Positions 42,581 to 55,458 of a DNA stretch of 64,000 nt are shown here, in pieces; the first letter of the stretch is position 1; every line of letters starts with the position of its first letter. The notes under the pieces were generated by a model. It searched no databases and was not told where the DNA came from. It was given only the letters and a program-made list of their open reading frames with translations. This DNA is from Eledone cirrhosa (lineage: Eukaryota): contig OZ024741.1 in the NCBI GenBank assembly GCA_964016885.1, positions 138,012,001 through 138,076,000 of the forward strand, given 5' to 3'. A program made the translations under genes and the position numbers.

Positions 42581-43544
42581 CGCATATATATATATAGGTG
42601 TATGTATGCATATAAACCTCTGTGTATGAGTGTGTATATATATTTATGTGTGCTTTGTTTGCTCCATTTAATTTACATTCGCCACAGTTTAGTTTGAAAG
42701 TATATATGAATTTCACTGATAGCTTCTAGTTTCAGTCCCTCAGACGTTTATATAGTTAAATACTTAGCCAAAACGCACAGCTGAAAATACACAAATACAT
42801 ACAGTTAGATCCACATACAAACAGGCGCACACATACATACTGGCAGGCGCACGCGCACACACAGAGGCACATTGTATAAGTTGCGTAAATGGTATGAGTA
42901 CGTCTATACATCACTTATTTCTGTATGCATAAACATAATTTATACAATATGTTTTTTATTCTCCCGACTGATACACACACGGCTGGTGTTTAAAGTGAGA
43001 AAGAAAAAAAATAGAGACAAGATTTGTAGCTATATTATGTTTTCTTGCTACCGTCAACTGTTGATAAGAGTGCTTATATTTGTGTATCGTCGAAAGTCAA
43101 TGTTTCCTTTGGGTAAATATATATTTTAGAAGTGTCTATTTCTGAGAGAGAATATCATTAAAGTTAAGCTGTTAAGACAAACCTAAGTTTCAAAAGTCTA
43201 CGTAGAAGTTACAAGAATTTTGTATATTGTTTTTACTCATTTCTTATTGTCTAGTTTTCTTGTAACATATGATATATCTAACTTTGGAAATTTCTACCGT
43301 CAGAATTTAATTGGTCATACGGTTAAACACATCCTACTGCTTTATGCTCTTTGGAATATTACACAAGAGTAATACATCACCAAGTTTATTTGGGGGGAAT
43401 TCGGTTTATGGACGTCAGTATTTTATTCATACGTTTGCAACTAAATGATTGAACAAGTGAAATATTTTTCGAATGCTGGAATTGTTCATCACCAAATAAA
43501 ATCCAAGGAAGGAGATGCATGATTAGAGATATTGAACAATGACA

Positions 43545-43650
43545 ATAGTATCCTATTACAGATTAATAAAGAAATTTTGTTTACAGCATAATTTAAGAAT
43601 GCATTATGCTGTAAACAACATTTCTTTATTAATCTGTAATAGGATACTAT
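43545..43650. repeat. Near-perfect 48-bp inverted repeat with a 10-nt loop
   Basis: ATAGTATCCTATTACAG..CAGCATAAT / ATTATGCTG..CTGTAATAGGATACTAT, one mismatch. Confidence 0.9.
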
Positions 43651-43788
43651 GTGATTTAAGGAGGATGTGGTGACTATTTCTAAATAAAGAAGGTTTCAAT
43701 TATAGAGAGAGTATATGGTCAGCTCTGTTTTAAATATTAGTATTTTTTTATACAAATTCACATGGAAAAAATACATAACGCAAATCAC

Positions 43789-43828
<40 letters not shown>

Positions 43829-43868
43829 GATATTAAACAAATGGAAACTATATTTATAAAACCATATT

Positions 43869-43934
43869 TATTTCATTATACATATTTCAGGGATACCATA
43901 TTAAAAATATGGCATGACTTCGTCAGATAAAATA
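43869..43934 (-). ncRNA. Type I hammerhead ribozyme (family H3) within repeat copy 43827-44267
   Basis: TATTTTAT-CTGACGA-agtcATGCCATATT ttt AATATGGTATccct-GAAA-TATGTA-TA-ATGAAATA. Confidence 0.7.
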
Positions 43935-44267
43935 CAATATGTAAACAGTTTTATAAATAATTTTGACGTACCATAATATAAGCGACCATTAAATTAGGAG
44001 GCTGCCTTGGTAGTGAAGTGTTTATAATTATTTAGTAATAGTGTTAAGCACAGTTAGAAAAAAGACGGAGAAAAAGAAGAAAGGAGGTAAAGAAAAACAG
44101 AGAGAGAGGGGAGAGAGAAAGAAGGAGCAGGTGAAAAAAGAGAGGCAACCGAAAGCAACAGACAAATAATAATAATTCACCATACAAATAGAGAGATTCA
44201 AGAGAGAGGGAGTACTAGATATAGAGAGAGTACAGTAATTATTTAGTTATAGTGTTAAGCACAGTTA

Positions 44268-44467
44268 NNNNNNNNNNNNNNNNNNNNNNNNNNNNNNNNN
44301 NNNNNNNNNNNNNNNNNNNNNNNNNNNNNNNNNNNNNNNNNNNNNNNNNNNNNNNNNNNNNNNNNNNNNNNNNNNNNNNNNNNNNNNNNNNNNNNNNNNN
44401 NNNNNNNNNNNNNNNNNNNNNNNNNNNNNNNNNNNNNNNNNNNNNNNNNNNNNNNNNNNNNNNNNNN
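44268..44467. other. Assembly gap (200 N)
   Basis: Run of N. Confidence 1.
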
Positions 44468-44993
44468 TCAATTTGAAGTATCAATTCATATGAAATGGAT
44501 AATAGAATGTAAATATCAATATTCATGAATGAGACATAGATATATAATATGAGAAAATAACTTTGTCCATAATGACCATATGTTCAGTTTAAAACTCTGA
44601 GGTCAATGTACCAAAATTTGAGATAAACCTTCAAAAAATTACCCTATTTATAAAAATACGGAAATATATATGTATATATATATATGTATATATATGTATA
44701 TATATATAATATGTATATATATATATATAATATGTATATATATATATACGTATTTGTACTTTCTGAAAAAAGAGAAAGTTATGTCTAGCTCTAGTCAATA
44801 ATATAGACATATACATGACTTTATGTGATCAACTCTATAATTTCTTGTGTCATAAAAAAGAATTTCTTGTGTTATAAAAAATGTCACTATATATATACAT
44901 AAAAAATAAACGATTAATATTCATGCGCTCACATATATGATTACCGTTCATGTATTTAATATTATGCATATCTGTAACATATACAGAACTATA

Positions 44994-45031
<38 letters not shown>

Positions 45032-45299
45032 CAAGATATCTGCGTGAGTATTCCAGCATCTCTATGCACACATACAGACCCATGAACACATAAAATAAAC
45101 TCTATAAGCCATCTATATGCATGTTAATATACATATGGCCTTTGTATAGAGATAATCAAATATCAATATACCAGCACAGAAACATCAAAACGTTAAAATA
45201 TTTTCAACACACTATAGAGTATCTCAGGCCAAAAACAATATGCTTCATATATTTAGCACAGAAATCTATCCTTCCAATTTTTCAGACAATATATTGCAA

Positions 45300-47805
45300 A
45301 GTCTTTTAGAAGCAATCAGAGTAAAAAAACAAATAAAAAAACAAAAATTATTTAACAAAAATTATTTAAAAGATTTAGAAGACCCAGTGGTTCTACAGCT
45401 GCCCTTATATTTAGTATAGAAATTTATCTTGCGTAAAATTTATTTAATACATTGGGAGCATATACATTTTAGAGTAGTTTAATTACATCTTAGTTTATAT
45501 TTATGAAGAAGGTTTAAAAAGAAAAAGGTGAAGGAATCGAAAGATTTATCGTCAGGTTACATACATTGATTAAATTTCTTAATTAATTATACTACATTTT
45601 AAATTTATATTTATATTTAAACGTTGAGTTCAATCTATGTCTGCAGCAACTGAATAAATTGCTCCGGGAATTTTTGGATTTTAATATAAAGAATATCTCC
45701 TCCACACAGAGATCACATGTCTCAGATGAGGAATTAAAAGAAATCCCTCTTGAGACAATATTCCAAAACATCGAATACTCAACATTATCTCGTTTAAGTT
45801 GCCAGAGTAGGCTTGATAGCTAAGTTGAGGATTTTCTGTTTGGATCTGTGAAAGAATTCTTATGATTATTGAAGTTTAAATTCTGTCGAGGTGGAACCAA
45901 CATAGTTGAAAGAATTTAAGTTAGTTTTAACATTACAATTGTATACTATATTTTTAACTAAGCAATTGTTATTTAACGGACAGTTAGATTTATTTCTAGT
46001 TACAGTTATTTAATTGAATATTGTTTGGGTTATTATTGGTATTTTGGTTATGTTTTAAATTCCTATTATTAATTCTGTTAATATTTTGTGCTAAATTTTT
46101 GGTGGACGAGTAAGTTAATTTTATAGTATGTCTATTAAAAATTGAGTTATATTTATGTGTTCTAGGGAAGCGTTTGTCAGGAGCATTAAAGAATAGTTTA
46201 GCAATATGGGTTTTAATATTTAGTGAAAAAAAAGGGGGGGGGGGGGCAAACCATATTATATTTCTAGTTCTATTTCTTTTTCGGCTTTTCGAATTATTGT
46301 AATGTTTTCTATTATAGTTGTTAGTGTTGTTACCGTAATTAAAATTGTTATTATTTTGGTTAGTTTGCTTATTATTATCGATGTACTTAATTTTATCACT
46401 ATATCCTTCTCTAGCTAACGCTTCATTGCAATACTGCGCTTTTTCGTCAAAAATATTTTTATTAAATGAAATTCTTGAGATTCGTTCTTGAACAGAGTTC
46501 ACTATAGTATTTTTAACAGATCTGGGGTGATTAGAGTTAAAATTGACATAATTCAAGTTCTTATTTAGTTTGTGAAATGGATAGTGAAGACATGTGTTGA
46601 GATTTAGTGTTACATCTAGGAAATTGACTATTCTATGGTTATTCTCTATTTCTATTTTTAGATTAAGGTAATTAAAAAATTGTATAATTTGTTTTCTTTT
46701 TCTATTTAGTTCACAGTTATTATTTTCAATAAGTAAAAGCATGTCATCACGATATAATCCTCCGGTTACCCCTGGTATTGTTCTATGCAGCGAATTAATT
46801 ATAAATAGGCCCACAAGGTCCGTTACCTGAGCTGAGTCAGATGATCCCATAGTTATGTCGAAATTATTATCTCTATCTGCCCTAGTCCATAGTTGGTTAT
46901 TAAATTCTATCAATGTTTTCCTTGCCGATAATATAATGTGCATTTCATTGCTAGTTAGGTCTGTATGTTTAAATGCGTAATTTGGTGCCTTATTCACTAG
47001 ATAAGGAGTGATAGATGAATAGTAGTTAGCAATATCAAGTTGAATAAATTTATTATTATAGTTATATTTAAATTCTTTAAACCACTCAATAGCCTCACCA
47101 GTCCCCTTCCATAACTTTAAGTAAGGTAAATTATGTAAGTTTTTAATTTGCTGTATTACCCTGTCTAGAATGTTTTTGCTAAGTTTTCCAAGGTCAGATT
47201 TTGATGGTGCAATCAATCTGACTGGCAAATCATTTTCAAAATTTCTTTTGTGATCTTTCATATTGATCTTGGGTTTCCTAAGCATGAAGGGTTGTGTTTT
47301 ATTCGCAATGTCTAATTCATGCATTATACAAGATGCCTCTGCATTCATTTTTTCCAGTTCGTCCTTACTTGCTACCTTGTACTTTTTCCTTAGTTCTTTC
47401 AATATAAGGCCATTATACATGTCCTTTTGTACTCCATAAAGGTTATTGGTTTTGTCCGATTTCACCAAGATCTTCTCTGTTCTCTCCAAGCCTTCAATAT
47501 TATCCTTAATGCATCTTAGATAGTCCTGGCCTTTGAAGTTTCTCTTGAATTTGATTCCTTGGATGATAGAAATTATATCGTTTTCAAAATCCATTATTAG
47601 TTTGTTGGGGGGTGGATTTTTTTTAGATTTGAAAACTTTATCCAAATCTGAAACATTTTCATTTAGATTAGATTTATCAAAGTGGAAGGCACGCCACCTG
47701 ATTCTTCTTATAAAAGAGTCTGATGTTTCTATTAATTGTTTAATAAAGTCTTTGTTCTTAGGTAAAGGTGTGTCTTTTAGAGAAGAAGATCTCTTAAACT
47801 TGTCG
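45300..47805 (-). mobile_element. Penelope-like element (Naiad-like), AT-rich: RT ORF 45996-47645 plus frameshifted GIY-YIG ~45620-45995
   Basis: KSDKTNNLY, KDHK, RLIAPSKS, LDIANYYSSI, MGSSDSAQVTDLVG, GLYRDDM, NFLDVT, SNHP, WF.PP. Downstream NCPL..C..NIVYNC..YVG, CDLCVEE, CRHR. The 3' boundary is approximate. Confidence 0.9.
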
Positions 47806-47981
47806 AGTGCTTTATATCAGTTATAAAATATTTACTTGTTTTAACCCAACAATTTTAAATAAAACTTTTGCATATATATATATATATATCTGTATATGTA
47901 TGTAAAAATATAGAAATAGTATTTCGCTTCAAGCATAGCTTTATACAAATATGTATAGAAATTCCATATTTCTAAAGAAAC

Positions 47982-48027
<46 letters not shown>

Positions 48028-48031
<4 letters not shown>

Positions 48032-49032
48032 TAAAACATGTCTAGAGAATCACAAGATAAAATATATACTATTTCCTCTCCCAAATAGCATAATTAACTA
48101 AATCAAAAATCGAATAGACCAGGCTATAAGAATGAGGCTTCTATGAAGAAATCTCCGACAAATAACCGAAACTAGCGCTTTGCGTCGGCCGTAGCGGAAT
48201 ATTTATCGAATATTTCGACAGCGTAATCGCCCAGATATAGTCAACTAAACAGAATTAGGTGTAAAATATACTAGGAGAAAATAGAATACATTTAAAAACC
48301 TCTACCATGGTTTCGTCCGTATTTTGAGTTTTCCAATAATTATGTAATAATTATATAAACTCGAGCGCCGGATTCATCAGGAAGCTCGCTCTTATCTAGA
48401 CACTAAATTTTCCAAAGTGATCGCGCCAAGAATTCATTTCAAAATGGCTAAAAATCGTGACGTAGTCGCGGTCATGTTGGAAGGGTGTGGTAGTTGCCTA
48501 CGACTGGTGGCATTTTTGCTAGAAAGCACAGCACAATACAGCCAAAGTTATATCTCAACCTAATGGGAGATTATTACATATAAAAGTTTACATATATATA
48601 TACATACATATACATATACGTGTTTTGCAGCTGGTCACTTTGTGGCTCAATGAAAAATTAATAAATTAAACATTCAGAGCTATATATCATAAAACATGTC
48701 TATAGAATCACAAGATAAAATATATACTATTTCCTCTCCCAATTAGCATAATTAACTATATAAAAAATCGAATAGACCAGGCTATAAGAATGAGGCTTCT
48801 ATGGAGAAATCTCCGACAAATAACCGAAACTAGCGCTTCGCGTCGGCCGTAGCGGAATATTTATCGAATATTTCGACAGCGTAATCGCCCAGATATAGTC
48901 AACTAAACAGAATTAGGTGTAAAATAAACTAGGAGAAAATAGAATACATTTAAACCTCTAACATGGTTTCGTCCGTATTTTGAGTTTTCCAATAATTATG
49001 TAATAATTATATAAACTCGAGCGCCGGATTCA
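48028..49032 (-). mobile_element. Non-coding tandem (about 1.5 units, 658-nt period) PLE pLTR-type repeat with HHR
   Basis: 48028-48377 is repeated at 48686-49032; (TA)n flanks. Confidence 0.75.
48296..48387 (-). ncRNA. Type I hammerhead ribozyme (family H5)
   Basis: GAGCTTC-CTGATGA-aTCCG..GAGTTT..AAACTC..CGGAc-GAAA-CCATGG-TA-GAGGTTT; palindromic stem III. The second copy (48952-49032) is truncated inside the core. Confidence 0.72.
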
Positions 49033-49389
49033 TATATATATATAAATGGAAGAAATGAAACGAAATTTCATTTCCCACTCTTAGTACGGCTGTTACTTAA
49101 ATATAAGTATGTACACGTACATACATATATGTATACAGACGTACAGTAGTATGTATATATACATACATGCACACATATATATATGTACGTATGGATTCAC
49201 CGAACATTTATTATAATGCTCGGTGTGTTTGTAAACAAACATCCCGTATTTAGGTGTAGTGTCCAGCAACCATCGTTGCTCGTTTGTTCAACACTGACCG
49301 ATTAACCCACTCGATATGCAAATTGGGCTTCCCAGCCGTTAATATGCATAAGGTAAGTATATACGTTCAACAATCTGGCAGGAAGGTAT

Positions 49390-49432
49390 ACGTTGCTGAC
49401 GATAGCTAATAAGCTTGAAACTAGTACAGCGT
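49390..49432 (+). ncRNA. Minimal type I hammerhead ribozyme (family H6), copy 1
   Basis: ACGTTG-CTGACGA-tAGCT aata AGCTt-GAAA-CTAG-TA-CAGCGT. Confidence 0.78.
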
Positions 49433-49809
49433 TCCTTTGTCAGTGTTGAACAAACGAGCAGCGATGGTCGCTGGACACTACGGCTTAATACGGGATGTTT
49501 GTTTACAAACACACCGAGCATTATAATAAATGTTCGGTGAATCCATACGTACATAAATATATGTGTGCATGTATGTATATATATATACATACTACTGTAC
49601 GTCTGTATACATATATGTATCTACGTGTACATACTTATATTTAAGTAACAGCCGTACTAAGAGTGGGAAATGAAATTTCGTTTCACTTTTTCCGTTTATT
49701 GTTTTCGGTGCACCCGGCCGATTAACCCACTCGATATGCAAATTGCGCTTCTCAGCCGTTAATATGCATAAGGTAAGTATATACGTTCAACAATCTGGCA
49801 GGAAGGTAT

Positions 49810-49852
49810 ACGTTGCTGACGATAGCTATTAAGCTTGAAACTAGTACAGCGT
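49810..49852 (+). ncRNA. Minimal type I hammerhead ribozyme (family H6), copy 2
   Basis: Same motif with one loop-II substitution, exactly 420 nt downstream. Confidence 0.78.
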
Positions 49853-49946
49853 TCCTTTGTCAGTCTTGAACAAATGAGCAACGATGGTTGCTGGACACTA
49901 CGACTTAATACGGAATGTACGTGTACATACTTATATATATATATAT

Positions 49947-51865
49947 AGTTATACTTGGGGAGGGTCATATTTGCGTAATATTGCCAGAATTAATAACAGA
50001 ACACACTCACTGTTTGGTTGGTTTTCGCTTCTCGCTGTCTTTTATTATATCTGCGATCTAACTTACTCGGTCCTCAATGTTGCCATTGACTGACCGGCGG
50101 TCAAAAATAATACAGATACAATATAGACACAAACACATATATATATATATATAGTTTACATAATTTACATAAATCTTTCGTTGCACATCTGCAACATCGT
50201 CAGTGGTGTTATATTCATTGTTCCTCCTGTTGTGTTGTATGCCTACGCCATTTTTTATTCAGTCTGTCTATATATTTATTTACTTATTTGCTTGTTTGTT
50301 TATCTTATTTTATTTTGTCTTCTTTGCGCATGCGTTTGCGCGTGTGTATAGTGTTATGTGTGATGTGTGACTAGTGTGTATAGTGTTGTGTCTGCTGGGT
50401 GACTAGTGTGTGTTTATGTGCTTGTTGTTATTGTGCTTGTGTATGTATTTATTTATCTTATTTTATTTAATTTTATTTACTTATTTATACTTCTCTTAGG
50501 TCAGTGTTGTTTGTTTGGGTGTTGTTGTTGTTCCACTCATTCTTTCTGTTTAGCTTTGGTCTTCTAATTTCTATTTCACTGGCCTCTCTGATTTGCCTAT
50601 CTGCTGGGTCATTCCTATGTTTAGATATTATTCTAATTTCTATGTTGTCTATGTTACCGTCATGTTGTTGTCTAGCATGTTCGTATAGTACTGACCCGTT
50701 TTTTCGTCCTTTTAGTTCCCCCCAGTGTTGGTCTATCCTTTCACCTATGCTACGAGCTGTCTCACCTATGTATGTTGTTGTCATGTTTCTGCAAGTACCC
50801 TCTGTACATCTTATGCTATAGACTACGTTTCTAGTTTTACAGTTTATCCGGGGGTTCACCTTACATATGATACACTTCCTATTGGTACAGTGGGTTTTCT
50901 TAAAAGGGTAGGTTTTGCTGATCAGGGATTTTATGGTGGTTCCTGGCTTTTCTACCACCTTTATTTTTAAGTGGGTCTTTCTCAGGGCCTTTCTACACTG
51001 GTTAGCATAGGTGAAAGGATAGGTGAAAGGATAGACCAACACTGGGGGGAACTAAAAGGACGAAAACACGGGTCAGTACTATACGAACATGCTAGACAAC
51101 AACATGACGGTAACATAGACAACATAGAAATTAGAATAATATCTAAACATAGGAATGACCCAGCAGATAGGCAAATCAGAGAGGCCAGTGAAATAGAAAT
51201 TAGAAGACCAAAGCTAAACAGAAAGAATGAGTGGAACAACAACAACACCCAAACAAACAACACTGACCTAAGAGAAGTATAAATAAGTAAATAAAATTAA
51301 ATAAAATAAGATAAATAAATACATACACAAGCACAATAACAACAAGCACATAAACACACACTAGTCACCCAGCAGACACAACACTATACACACTAGTCAC
51401 ACATCACACATAACACTATACACACACGCAAACGCATGCGCAAAGAAGACAAAATAAAATAAGATAAACAAACAAGCAATTAAATAAATAAATATATAGA
51501 CAGACTGAATAAAAAATGGCGTAGGCATACAACACAACAGGAGGAACAATGAATATAACACCACTGACGATGTTGCAGATGTGCAACGAAAGATTTATGT
51601 AAATTATGTAAACTATATATATATATATATGTGTTTGTGTCTATATTGTATCTGTATTATTTTTGACCGCCGGTCAGTCAATGGCAACATTGAGGACCGA
51701 GTAAGTTAGATCGCAGATATAATAAAAGACAGCGAGAAGCGAAAACCAACCAAACAGTGAGTGTGTTCTGTTATTAATTCTGGCAATATTGCGCAAATAT
51801 GACCCTCCCCAAGTATAACAATATCTGTTTCGACACACGATTTCATATAAAAAACCTCGCAAAAC

Positions 51866-51870
<5 letters not shown>
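49947..51870. mobile_element. Penelope-like element (Neptune/Nematis-like), inverted 3' arms encoding GIY-YIG
   Basis: Arms ~49947-50752 and ~51003-51819. ORFs 50485-51042 and 50971-51282 contain CTNRKCIIC..CKTRNVVYSIRC..TYIGET..R..QH..LN; (TA)n flanks. Confidence 0.88.
51558..51610 (+). ncRNA. Hammerhead-like motif (family H7); inverted copy at ~50158-50208
   Basis: CTGACGA-t-GTTGCA gatg TGCAAC-GAAA-gATTTAtgTAAAT-TA-tg; core and stem II are good, stem I is weak. Confidence 0.5.
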
Positions 51871-51928
<58 letters not shown>

Positions 51929-52041
51929 TTATTTGCTCTAGGGTTCTTATATATTTCATATATATTTTTATCCTTATCGAGCCCTCTTTCGATTTTAGTC
52001 TTCACATTTATTATTATTACTATATATATATATATATATAT

Positions 52042-53850
52042 ATGGCTTACCGAAAATCCATAAGTCAAAAGAAATCCAACTGGTAATAAAAGAACAAAAA
52101 AGTGAGTACATTAAATTACTACACCCAAAAGACTTAAAACTTAGACCTATTATAGCTGGTCCAACATGCCCTGCCCACCGTCTAAGCAATTTTGTTGACA
52201 TTATTTTGAAGTGGATTGGCAGTATCAGTAGAGGGTCGGACGCCAAGCTCTGAAGCATTGAGTTACCCCCCTTTATGATCTGAGTTCAAATCTCGCCAAG
52301 GTTAACTTTGCCTTTCACCCTTAAGGGTCGATGAAATAAAGTACCAGTAATGTACTGATTAATTGCTGGACTTGTGCCAAAAGTAGGAACAATTATGTTG
52401 AAACTACTATGTATTCACATACCCAGTTTCATCCGGGATGATATCGACTTCCTGTCCCATCTTCCCGAAACCACAGAAACGAATTCACTTCTAATTAGTT
52501 TTGATGTGGTAAGCCTTTACACCAACATTACACATGATTTAGGAATAAAGGTGGTTAAATACTGGGTGGAAAACATAGAGAAATGATTCCCACCAGATTC
52601 ACAGCGCCATTTATATTAGACGCAGTCAGACTTATTCTGGAAAACAACACATTCTTCTTCAATGGAAAGAATTACATCCAAATTAGAGGCACAGCGATGG
52701 GAACGAAGTTTTCTCGAGTTTACGCGATCTCTGTAATGGGATACTTAGAACAACAACTCTACCAAGAAGTAAAGGAAAAATATAGCACTTAATTCAGAAA
52801 GTACATTGAAAAGTCTTGGAAGAGATACCTTGACGACTGTTTCATCATCTGGACAGAATCTGGATGAGTTCAATATCCTCCTGAATAACCTACACGCATC
52901 TCTCCAATATACAAAAGAGATAAGTAGTACCCAATTTCCATATAATGGTAATCAAAAACGACACCACCATTATCACGGATATATACTATCAACACACAGA
53001 CACCCATCAATATCTGAATTTTAAGTCGTGCCATCCACCTCATACAAAACGCAACATCCCATAGTACCTAGCCAGAAGAATTTGCACCATTGTAGAAGAT
53101 ACGAATACCAGGAACAAACGCCTAAAAGAACTGAGAGAATTTTTGCTCAAATAAAAATACCCATCTCTACTTATAGAAAATGGCATACAGCGGGCTATAA
53201 AAATACCTATACAACAACTTAGGACAACCCAAGGAAGAAGAAACCAAGAACTGGTCATACCATTTATAATGACACATAACCCATGTCACCAGAATATCTT
53301 CAACACTGCCAAAGCAAACCTACCGATCATTGCTCAAAGTAATGAATTAAAATGTTTAATCACAGACCGAGCTTTGATTCTTAGTAAAAGACAGCCGAAA
53401 AAATTGAAGCAATTACTAACAAAGGTAGAGTTTCACCTTAACAACAAAGACCAATCATTCACTGTATCTAAATGCAATGATAGTCGATGTGGCACATGTC
53501 AGTTCATACATACTTGTCAATATATGAACACAAAAACTGGAAGAATATTCCCAAATGCAAATATGAACTGTAAAAGCAGAAATCTAATTTACTGCATTAT
53601 ATGCCGGAATTGTGAAGAACTATCTGTCGGTCAAATTGGAAATGCATTATCGGAACGTGCACAGATGTACCGACAGAAAATCAGGGACCCAAATGTCCAC
53701 CAGATACCTCTGAGTAACCATCTAGCAACATGTGGTCAGAAAATATTTATATTTCCATCCAACAAACTACACAGCCCAAGTGAAATCAAGAGAAAAATTA
53801 AAGAAAAGAACTATATTGATAAATAAGCTAAATGAACAATAATAATGCTT
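52042..53850 (+). mobile_element. Penelope-like element (Neptune-like), degenerate RT + Cys-linker + GIY-YIG, interrupted by a SINE
   Basis: LPKIHK, LRPIIAG, SFDVVSLYTNI, GTAMGT, RYLDDCF, SCHP..K.NIP, CNDSRCGTC, NCKSRNLIYCIIC..VGQ. Confidence 0.88.
52211..52391 (+). mobile_element. SINE S1 inserted into the PLE RT with an 11-bp TSD
   Basis: TSD ATTATkTTGAA at 52200-52210 and 52392-52402. Confidence 0.88.
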
Positions 53851-54288
53851 AGGGGTATTATTTCTACTATGACTACGCCTGCGACCATGACGACTACCAC
53901 CACTAACAACAACAACAACAACGACAATAATAATAATTGTTACTACTTTTGGCACAAGGCCAGCGTTGATGCTGATGATTACTGAACATTTTTTATAAAA
54001 CCCTAGAAAATGCTATTTTCATCATTTCTAAAAATAGCACAACAATTGATGCTTTGGATAGGGCCAAATAGAAGTCGTTAGACATGCTCAACCAACCGCG
54101 ACGCCTAAACCAGTTTAGCCTCCTCTTATTTTATTTATAATTAACTCCGTATTCGCACCTCCACTACACAAACGAAGACGGGTGAACTGCACTACTTTCA
54201 GTACTCTCCACATTATTACACCAAGATTGACCATACGAAATGACCAGTTATATCCAGTGGTGAACCAACAAACCTAAAGATATATATC

Positions 54289-54690
<402 letters not shown>

Positions 54691-54864
54691 TTTCTCTCTC
54701 TCCTTCTTTTTCTTTCGCTGTAACCCAACGACTTATTTTAAGAATAAAAATATCCAATACTAATAATAATATAAGTAAACAACTCCACTATCCGGGAGCT
54801 TCCAACAGTATGGTTGCATTTTTTAAGGGTATGTCAATATTTATTTATAAAACTGACTATATTG

Positions 54865-54929
54865 TATTTTGTCTGATGAAAGCACACCATAATTTAACTT
54901 GGTGTCCTTGAAATATGTATAATAAAATA
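54865..54929 (+). ncRNA. Type I hammerhead ribozyme (family H3, diverged copy) within repeat ~54700-55060
   Basis: TATTTTGT-CTGATGA-AAGcACACCA..TGGTGTcCTT-GAAA-TATGTA-TA-ATAAAATA. Confidence 0.78.
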
Positions 54930-55056
54930 AATAAGGTTTCCTAAATATAGTTTCCATTTGTTAATATTGTATGTTTACTCCAAATACTTGTTGAGTGCTT
55001 TATATCAGTTATAAAAATATTTGCTTGTTGTATCCTAACAATTTAAATATGACTTT

Positions 55057-55059
<3 letters not shown>

Positions 55060-55135
<76 letters not shown>

Positions 55136-55374
55136 ATATGTATATATATATGTATATGTATATGTATGTGTATATATATATGTGTGTGTGTATGTATGTA
55201 AATATATATATAGGTGTGTGTATATATATGTATATATGTGTGTATGTGTGTATGTGTATATATATGTATATATATATGTGTGTGTGTATATGTATATATA
55301 TGTATATATATATATATATATATATGTATATGTATATATATGTAAGAGCGTATATATATGTGTGTATGTGTATA

Positions 55375-55413
<39 letters not shown>

Positions 55414-55458
55414 ATATATGTGTGTATATGTATATATCATCATCATCATCATCATCAT
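55060..55458. repeat. (TA)n/(TG)n array ending in (CAT)n, the tail of the RTE element
   Basis: Direct observation. Confidence 0.95.

Larger units (their letters stand above)
49045..49935 (+). mobile_element. ORF-less tandem-HHR element (420-nt period) with an inverted arm; retrozyme-like or non-autonomous PLE
   Basis: 49298-49495 is repeated at 49718-49915; 49045-49298 is the reverse complement of 49439-49698. Confidence 0.75.

Noticed and set aside
42715-42750. Minus-strand CTGAGGGACTGAAACTAG hammerhead-like string
   Set aside because: No stem II, A9 is missing, and there is no UH site with a stem I
5935-47805. Selenocysteine (in-frame UGA) coding, known for some Naiad PLEs
   Set aside because: The conserved Cys positions I could read in both Naiad-like elements are TGY. 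The stop at 45996 is TAG, caused by a small frameshifting deletion. No SECIS element was identified.
49351-49358. AG|GTAAGT donor in the 420-nt unit (PLEs can retain introns)
   Set aside because: No matching acceptor or splicing evidence is visible
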